From: Candidatus Moraniibacteriota bacterium
Lineage (GTDB): Bacteria > Patescibacteriota > Minisyncoccia > Moranbacterales > GCA-2747515
Length of the DNA: 64,000 nucleotides
Direction: 5' to 3'
Assembly: GCA_046116545.1 (NCBI GenBank)
Contig: CP175956.1
Location: 961,734 to 1,025,733, forward strand
The position numbers were made by a program, and so were the translations under genes. The notes under the pieces are model-generated. The model searched no databases and was not told where the DNA came from. It saw nothing but the letters and a program-made list of their open reading frames with translations. Below, piece by piece: positions 60,301 to 64,000 of this stretch; the stretch's first letter is position 1; the number at the start of each line of letters is the position of its first letter.

Positions 60301-63300
60301 TTTATATCTGTCCAGTTTGCACTATCTAATCCATCCTTATTTGTTATTGTTGTTACGTATGCTCCTGTATAGTTTCCTAGGGTTTTTTCGTAGAATTCTA
60401 ATTCTGAAATACTTACATAACTTTGACCATTATTTGCAGTAATATTTATACGATAATATCTATATGCTGTATTATTTGTAAATCCACTATAATTTCTTTT
60501 TTCATTATTTAACCAAGTCATTTCAGATAATCGCGTATCTAAAGCAGTCCAAGTGTTTGCATCATTGCTTCCTTCAAATGTCCAGTCCTTTGGAGATGAA
60601 GTCGTACCATCTGTATCTCGACTTCTTACAGAATATTCATAAACAATAGCCTCATTCCCTGAACCTAAATCATATTGAAGCCAACCTGTTCTAATTCCAC
60701 TTTGAGAAATCCATTCTGATGCATTATTATCATCAAATCCATATGCTGGAAGAAATGATGTACTATATGTTGTACTAGCAGTTGCAGCACCCCCAGTAGC
60801 AATATCACTAACATATTTAACACTAGTAGCCTGTCCCAATGTATGAGCTGCATTACTTCCATCGAAGTATGTTCCATATATATTATCTACATCATATATT
60901 CCTAATTCTATTTCATTATCATTTGTGATATGAACTGATTCATTTGCTGTTCCATCTCCTGTTATGTCTGTAATTGTAAACCACTCATCTTCCATTTTAA
61001 ATCTTGATCCTACTCTTACTTTATCTGCAGTATTTCCACTTCCTATTGATACTGCTGTATCTGATACGTCTTCGAAGTGTCCTTTGTTATTGTGTTGGTC
61101 TGCGAAGAATTCTAATTCTGAAATACTTACATAACTTTGACCATTATTTGCAGTAATATTTAATCTATAATATCTATACGCTGTATCATTTGTAAATCCT
61201 GAATAGTTTCTTTTTTCAATATCTAACCATCCCATCTCAGCTGATCGTGTATCCAATGCAGTCCATGTATTTGCATCATTACTTCCTTCAAATGTCCAAT
61301 CCTTTGGAGATGAAGTATCGGCACCCGTATCTCGACTTCTTACAGAATATTCATAAATAATAGCTTCATTTCCTGAACCTAAATCATATTGCAACCAACC
61401 TGTTGGCACTCCATTTTGAGATATCCACTCTGATACATTATTATCATCAAATGCATATGATGGTAAAAATGTTCCATCATAATATGTACTAGCAGAAGCA
61501 GCACCACCCGTAGCCAAATCAGGACCAGTGCCTCCACCAGTATCAACTAAATCAACTTGGAATTGAGTTATGTTTTCTTTTAGGTCTTCTTGAGTATAGT
61601 TATCTTCTGAATTGTAATTTATGTTTTGTATTTTATCAGTTTCTGTTTGTTCTTCTGTGATACTTACAATTGCTGAACCTGATACTGTTGTTGATTCTCC
61701 TTGGCTTAGAGTTACTTGAGTTTGAGTTACTCCACTTCCTCCTGTTCCTGTTGATAGTCCTCCCCATATAGTTCCATTACAAAACTCCATGACTTTTGTA
61801 GTGTCATTGTATCTCATTGCACCTTCTTTTGTTACGTCACAAGCTGATGCGTCATTATTTAGAGTTATACTTCCTCCTATTGCTAGATTGTTTCCATCAT
61901 ATGTGAAGTTTGAGTTTTGAGTTATTGCATTTCCTGCACTATTTGCAAATTGTATTTGATTTGCACTTAGGCTTGCTGGTGTATCTGTTAATCCTGTATA
62001 TGTTGAAACTCCTCCACTTGATGTTAGAGAGTTCCATGTTGAACCATCGTATCCTTCTAGGTCTGTTCCTGACCATCTTATCATTCCTGCTACTGCATTT
62101 GTACTTGTTCCAAATACTGCTGCTTTATCAAAGTTGAAAGCTTCGTTTGTTGTATCGTAGCTTATTATTCCTTCATTTCCGTTTTCTCCTATATGTAGAG
62201 AGTTTGAGCTTAGGTATAGATCTTTCCATCTTAATAAGGTTGTTCCTAGATTATATGCATCGTCTGTTTCTGGAACTATATCTCCATCTACTTGTAGTTT
62301 ATAGTCTGGGGTTGTTGTTCCTATTCCTATGTTTCCAGTATTCAATACTGTAAGATATTTTGTAGTAAAGTTTGCATCTCCAATATGATATGCATTCGAT
62401 GCATCATCATCGACCCCCGTATAAAATCTTTCTGTAAAATCACTATTTGAATATATTGTTGCTACCTGATTATCAACTCCTGATGTATTAGACCTTAATT
62501 CTGTAGACAAATGCTGTTGACCACCTAATGATAATAATTGACTTGGACTATCTGTCCCTATTCCTACGTTTCCTGCTGTATAATTAATATTTGGTGCATC
62601 ATGAGTCCATAGTCCATTTCCTCCGTCTATTCTTGAGCCTGAAAATGATGTACTTGTTGCAGCACCTGCCACATCTTCAGAAGTAGCTGCATTGAGCATG
62701 CTCGCATAAACCTCAAAATAATCCGTTGTTCCGTTTGCTTCAACAACTTTTGATATTGTAACGGTATGATGTCTTGCGGTATCCATATCAGGTGTATACT
62801 CACGTAAGATATTTGAACCATTTTTATACAACATAACATAAGATCTGTTATTTGCATCTACTGAATTAACTGTCACTGTTGTTGTTAAAAGGTACTTACC
62901 AGGAACTGTTGGCTGAAATCTCTCATTTGTAAGGTCAAAATCACCATTAGAGTCAAAGGTCTCTGTTGACCATGTTATTTTTGCCGGATTGTCAGTAATT
63001 GTTTGAACTACATTATTTTTATGCACACTAAAACTAGGACTTATATCTCCACTCATATCTGCCCAAGATGTGTCACCTAATCCATCCGTCATAAGCACTT
63101 GTCCAGCATTTCCATATCCTGATGGTGTATCTGATAATCCTGTTAAAGTTGTTGCACCTATAGCTGATGAGTCTACCCAGTTTGTTCCTGTTGCTGTTGA
63201 AGTTAACACTTGTCCATTTAATCCTGGATCATTATTTGCATCATAATATGATCCTTCCAATCTTAAGTTTCCATTTATATGAAGGAGTTGTGATGGACTT

Positions 63301-64000
63301 ATTATTCCTATTCCAACATTTCCACCTTTTTGGAATGTCATAACATCAACACCTGTTGTGACATCTCTAATATCTAAATTATCACTAGAAGCAGTACTAA
63401 GAATATTCCATTGTTGTGTAGCATCCTTTATTGCTATTCCATTTGCACCATCACTTGAATCTTCTATCAAAATCACAGATGTTGGTCCATAAAGATGTAA
63501 TCTTTGATCAGGATTATCTATTCCTATACCAACTTTTTTATTAGAAGAATTTACAAAAAAAGCATCCGTATTTACCGTAAAATCATCATTAACAGATAAA
63601 GTCCCAGTCTTAGTTTGAGCTGTAGCAGAAGTATCAATATAGTTATCAGCAGTAAATCCATTAAACCTATGTGAGTTTAAAGCAAAACCTGTAGGAGTTA
63701 TCTTTCTCCTTGGAGTCATTTCTGGATTTGAGTTTATTGTTACTCCTAAGTAATAGTTTGAATCAAAAGATATATCTAATAGGTTATCTCCTGTTTCTCC
63801 TAGAGTTGTACTAAATATTCCATTTGTTATTGTAATTGTTTTTGAAGTTGGAGTTCCACATGATCCTCTACTTGTCCATAGACAATTTCCTCCTGTGTCT
63901 GCATCGTATATTGTTAATGTAAAATCATAATCTCCATCTGATACTGCTACGTTATTAGTATCTGTTAGTTTTCCATGATATGTTAGTTCACTGTCTGGTG
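54339..64000 (-). CDS. Giant modular surface / tail-fibre-like protein (>3,200 aa; 5' end beyond window)
   Basis: Frame stays open from 63719 to 64000 (PDSELTYHGKLTD...YDFTLTIYDA..GGNCLW...NGIFS..LG...YLGVTI..NPEMTPR). Contains GN(V/I)GIG fibre repeats, two C1q-like, two F5/8-like, six kelch repeats and a LamG/SPRY block. Confidence 0.88.
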   Translation of the reverse strand, partial: PDSELTYHGKLTDTNNVAVSDGDYDFTLTIYDADTGGNCLWTSRGSCGTPTSKTITITNGIFSTTLGETGDNLLDISFDSNYYLGVTINSNPEMTPRRKITPTGFALNSHRFNGFTADNYIDTSATAQTKTGTLSVNDDFTVNTDAFFVNSSNKKVGIGIDNPDQRLHLYGPTSVILIEDSSDGANGIAIKDATQQWNILSTASSDNLDIRDVTTGVDVMTFQKGGNVGIGIISPSQLLHINGNLRLEGSYYDANNDPGLNGQVLTSTATGTNWVDSSAIGATTLTGLSDTPSGYGNAGQVLMTDGLGDTSWADMSGDISPSFSVHKNNVVQTITDNPAKITWSTETFDSNGDFDLTNERFQPTVPGKYLLTTTVTVNSVDANNRSYVMLYKNGSNILREYTPDMDTARHHTVTISKVVEANGTTDYFEVYASMLNAATSEDVAGAATSTSFSGSRIDGGNGLWTHDAPNINYTAGNVGIGTDSPSQLLSLGGQQHLSTELRSNTSGVDNQVATIYSNSDFTERFYTGVDDDASNAYHIGDANFTTKYLTVLNTGNIGIGTTTPDYKLQVDGDIVPETDDAYNLGTTLLRWKDLYLSSNSLHIGENGNEGIISYDTTNEAFNFDKAAVFGTSTNAVAGMIRWSGTDLEGYDGSTWNSLTSSGGVSTYTGLTDTPASLSANQIQFANSAGNAITQNSNFTYDGNNLAIGGSITLNNDASACDVTKEGAMRYNDTTKVMEFCNGTIWGGLSTGTGGSGVTQTQVTLSQGESTTVSGSAIVSITEEQTETDKIQNINYNSEDNYTQEDLKENITQFQVDLVDTGGGTGPDLATGGAASASTYYDGTFLPSYAFDDNNVSEWISQNGVPTGWLQYDLGSGNEAIIYEYSVRSRDTGADTSSPKDWTFEGSNDANTWTALDTRSAEMGWLDIEKRNYSGFTNDTAYRYYRLNITANNGQSYVSISELEFFADQHNNKGHFEDVSDTAVSIGSGNTADKVRVGSRFKMEDEWFTITDITGDGTANESVHITNDNEIELGIYDVDNIYGTYFDGSNAAHTLGQATSVKYVSDIATGGAATASTTYSTSFLPAYGFDDNNASEWISQSGIRTGWLQYDLGSGNEAIVYEYSVRSRDTDGTTSSPKDWTFEGSNDANTWTALDTRLSEMTWLNNEKRNYSGFTNNTAYRYYRINITANNGQSYVSISELEFYEKTLGNYTGAYVTTITNKDGLDSANWTDINSVSVLENLNSQSIFYAASFNNRHTFKVWTGTAWRDIASKEASVHSGTDGTWYFRDNVDTWSTTGIEDNANSAISKAVESGIMNQMNSTVLEEIHDSEWELSGSFAVDQTTFDLSSTFYSTSDTQNPNLKRIDVNIDATGYAQKNVTNDYTVYQTTGLGDQTLTIVKKSPGTQTVTISSSAAGSSSGTASAAYQPKLVENEWVDTGAVLPGALYNSQTAIIGDYIYLFGGGNGSDTSIVYRAPIADPTNWVDTGSTLPSNLRNSQVAIIGDYVYLFGGYAAAVSVNTIYRAPTADPTNWVDTGSTLPSNLRNSQVAIIGDYVYLFGGVDSLVVNTIYRAPTADPTNWVDTGSTLPGTFSQSQVAIIGDHVYLFGGDSTGTAMNEIYRAPISDPTNWVDTGSTLPGILRLSQLAIIGDYVYLFGGYNGSYTSLIYRAPISDPTNWVNTSSVLPGNLGVSQMAIVGDYVYLFGGYNGSVATNVIYKAPINTVFPTLDENKDWKVKYDTTGTSGSSLWTANGSDAYYDIGNIGIGTTTPDNFTLQVAGHIGPDTDDTYDLGSSTNRFRDLYLGPSSLHIGEDGDEGVISYLTASNTFNFDNKIKTTSSIQLGGDTDACDANKEGAMRYNDSTKVMEFCNGTAWGVFSSGSTPTCPNGGDLTYNDVNSTWECVQEDIIKNALRFNDDDSAYLSRTPSSAGNRKTWTWSGWVKRGNLGTNQFFVETRTGGGDFFVMNFTADDQIRINDSQNTDALMLITSSVYRDSSTWYHIAVQIDTTQATASNRTKLFVDGEQITEFTTSNYPAQDADLMSNSNIAHYLGAGVDLSDDATLPFDGYLSDINFIDGQALTPTSFGEIDATTGKWIAKDYSGTYGTNGFHLNFEDDTNLGADISGNSNTWTTNNLDATDQVIDTPFNNFAVFNPLLNISDETYTEGNLEFASSVAYRSPRGTIGISSGKWYWETTWESNANDIHAGVATDTETGLDTWVGSTPAGYVYAGDSGQKWNNGSGASYGDTFTTNDVIGIAVDMDAKTIEFYKNGSSQGTAFSGLSDTVFPVVSTADKVAINFGQNAQASLTYDSDANGYFKYTPPTGFKALSSANLPSSTIIKPSEHFDVATYTGNGTTQSITGLDFQPDLVWLKQRSNLNSHALVDSVRGVLKGLSSDSTAIENTYNHVTNFLSNGFEVGTSAQANSNAATYVAWAWKAGGAAIANTSGTISSQVSANTDAGFSIISYTGNGIAGATVGHGLNSEPEMLIFKDRDSDVWNWQVYSEPTGNVDSLRLNLTSDAQNFGSWNNTSPTPSVFSLGSVDGINHSGNTHIAYAFHSVPGYSKVGSYTGNGSADGPFVNTGFKPRWIMIKDTNRAESWSIHDTARDPSNVATQELWANSLEVENDGSTRSPQNQLDILSNGFKQRGANPEMNYNGSTYIYIAIAEESFKTTSVETTDAVMTSSGTSLPTCTDGQTLSYNEAGSAWECADSAVELSSSFSVNKNGTNQTVTTNTWTKVTWSNEAFDSNNDFDLVTDKFQPTITGKYSLTGSAYCDDTTSCSVMIKKNDTYWSHGFTRDSDGLTMTSDIIDMNGTTDYVELWVNNGGGTIIGGTIYQTKFSGSLIDSGTSSASSLWTQTGNNIAYTSGNVGIGSSNYGTNADNILTISNSIAPTTSIVNGIQLFAVDQSGSHELRVRDEAGNTTTLSPHNFSTIPGGESEELAWSYYSEKDNKSINVDMTKTVRLIEKLTGQQLIYITDITTGQEVPNLNLIDISNLPTPQKITEIDTQIIDLNDKQLGLSLQTNDASEILNQVQDDIGGINDRHEVLSLQINANTLATETLTEIEDRMDELDGYQSDLASTVSKNSDTVLAINERFLFTIDNNTMSTTRLITTIEGLTVLDDLKVNSIETNTLNINDDITTHDEQGNEINASSIGTATIVAGETEVSIESDGVHEGSRVFVTVRDAVNIVATQVKNIIEGGFIVEIGNILEEDLVVDWFVVN
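54900..54925. repeat. Palindromic repeat embedded in frame in the giant protein
   Basis: GTCATCCTGAACTTGATTCAGGATCT, translated EILNQVQDD on the minus strand. Confidence 0.78.
58843..59700 (-). repeat. Six tandem kelch-like repeats (~144-147 bp unit)
   Basis: Unit WVDTGSTLP...SQ.AIIGDYVYLFGG...IYRAP..DPTN; the DNA ggtaatgttgaacctgtatctacccaatttgttgggtctg recurs exactly four times. Confidence 0.93.
60394..61527 (-). repeat. Two near-identical F5/8 type C (discoidin-like) modules
   Basis: Copies at ~60394-60810 and ~61107-61527 share GWLQYDLGSGNEAI, SPKDWTFEGSNDANTWTALDTR and an identical ~54-bp 3' end. Confidence 0.88.

Noticed and set aside
54339-64000. Prophage or diversity-generating retroelement explanation for the giant gene
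   Set aside because: No capsid, terminase, integrase or reverse transcriptase in the window, and no repeat pair seen to differ only at adenines. A trans-acting DGR elsewhere cannot be excluded.

Overview
AT-rich bacterial chromosome segment, most consistent with a Patescibacteria/CPR (Parcubacteria-like) genome. It uses genetic code 11, since RF2 is present with a CTT-TGA-C frameshift. Nearly all genes lie on the minus strand. In window order it holds: a partial rhomboid, ftsX, ftsE, prfB, tRNA-Thr and tRNA-His; an ATP-cone nuclease / LOG / tkt / gdh / rpe / rpiB cluster; trxB, a glutaredoxin and tRNA-Arg; a type IV pilus locus (pilB, pilC, two tandem minor-pilin triplets, pilMNO); groEL with CIRCE but no adjacent groES, then ychF; a secreted glycine-rich protein; pgm/pmm, trpS, rnj with a long structured leader, pgi/pmi, an OppA-like protein and secG; rpsI, rplM and the alpha operon (RpoA lacks the alpha-CTD); an FtsA-like plus membrane-protein pair; pfkB, eno, pgk, mraY, a dac, scpB and scpA; and a >3,200-aa modular surface protein that runs off the right end. 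Most notable: (1) the giant protein and the glycine-rich protein are mosaics of A-ending-codon 'scaffold' DNA and differently biased ligand-binding modules; (2) a tRNA-sized cloverleaf sits in the ~360-nt rnj leader; (3) the minor-pilin cassette is duplicated with an internal promoter; (4) GTCAT(T/C)C palindromic repeats occur both between genes and in frame inside proteins. No rRNA, CRISPR array, transposase, integrase or reverse transcriptase was seen. All calls were made by eye, with no database searches.
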